IMG/VR virus record: IMGVR_UViG_3300001680_000191
Coordinates: 1-64,000 of that record
Reading direction: 5' to 3' (one strand)
Length of the DNA stretch: 64,000 bases
From: an uncultured virus (IMG/VR IMGVR_UViG_3300001680_000191)
Lineage: Duplodnaviria > Heunggongvirae > Uroviricota > Caudoviricetes
The notes below the pieces were generated by a model. It had not been told where the DNA came from and did not search any database. It saw nothing but the letters and a program-made list of their open reading frames with translations. A program made the position numbers and the translations under genes. Each line of letters opens with the position of its first letter. The first letter of the stretch is position 1. Below, piece after piece: positions 63,990 through 64,000 of the stretch.

Positions 63990-64000
63990 CAGCATTTACC

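Noticed and set aside
1..64000. Minus-strand ORFs in the six-frame track
   Set aside because: They overlap well-supported + strand genes and show no recognisable motifs; treated as shadow ORFs.
1..64000. Stop-codon reassignment (alternative genetic code)
   Set aside because: Conserved genes are full length under the standard code, TAA, TAG and TGA all end genes, and no suppressor tRNA is seen.

Overview
This 64 kb window is a fragment of a large tailed (myovirus-like, probably jumbo) bacteriophage genome. Every gene I could support lies on the + strand. From left to right it contains: (1) a contractile-tail module (sheath, 5'-truncated by the window; tube; chaperone pair with a candidate frameshift; tape measure; baseplate); (2) replication and nucleotide-metabolism genes (minimal PolA-family polymerase, degenerate tubulin/FtsZ-like protein, gp32-like SSB, adenine MTases, RecA, 5'-3' exonuclease, helicase, class II RNR, DnaE, dUTPase, IMPDH-like enzyme); (3) proteostasis genes (GroEL, GroES, J-domain protein, two ClpP, thioredoxin, glutaredoxin), lysis genes and probable virion genes; (4) from about 53.6 kb, a region of strong sigma70-type promoters, four tRNAs and many small ORFs. 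The most striking feature is an array of 22 short paralogous genes starting M(K/Q)(V/I)GDL, plus about 9 more divergent members. They are probably SH3/KOW-like barrels and are joined by a conserved ~30-bp dual-coding junction (GGAGGTGATCAGTGAAAGTCGGTGATCTGGT). This junction supplies the upstream C-terminus and stop, the Shine-Dalgarno, and the downstream start and N-terminus, so the region resembles a shufflable gene-cassette array. Its promoters carry a stereotyped tandem TTGACA-N5-TTGACA element upstream of the true -35, and the phage encodes a stand-alone sigma-region-4 protein that could read it. All calls come from reading motifs by eye; no database searches were run.
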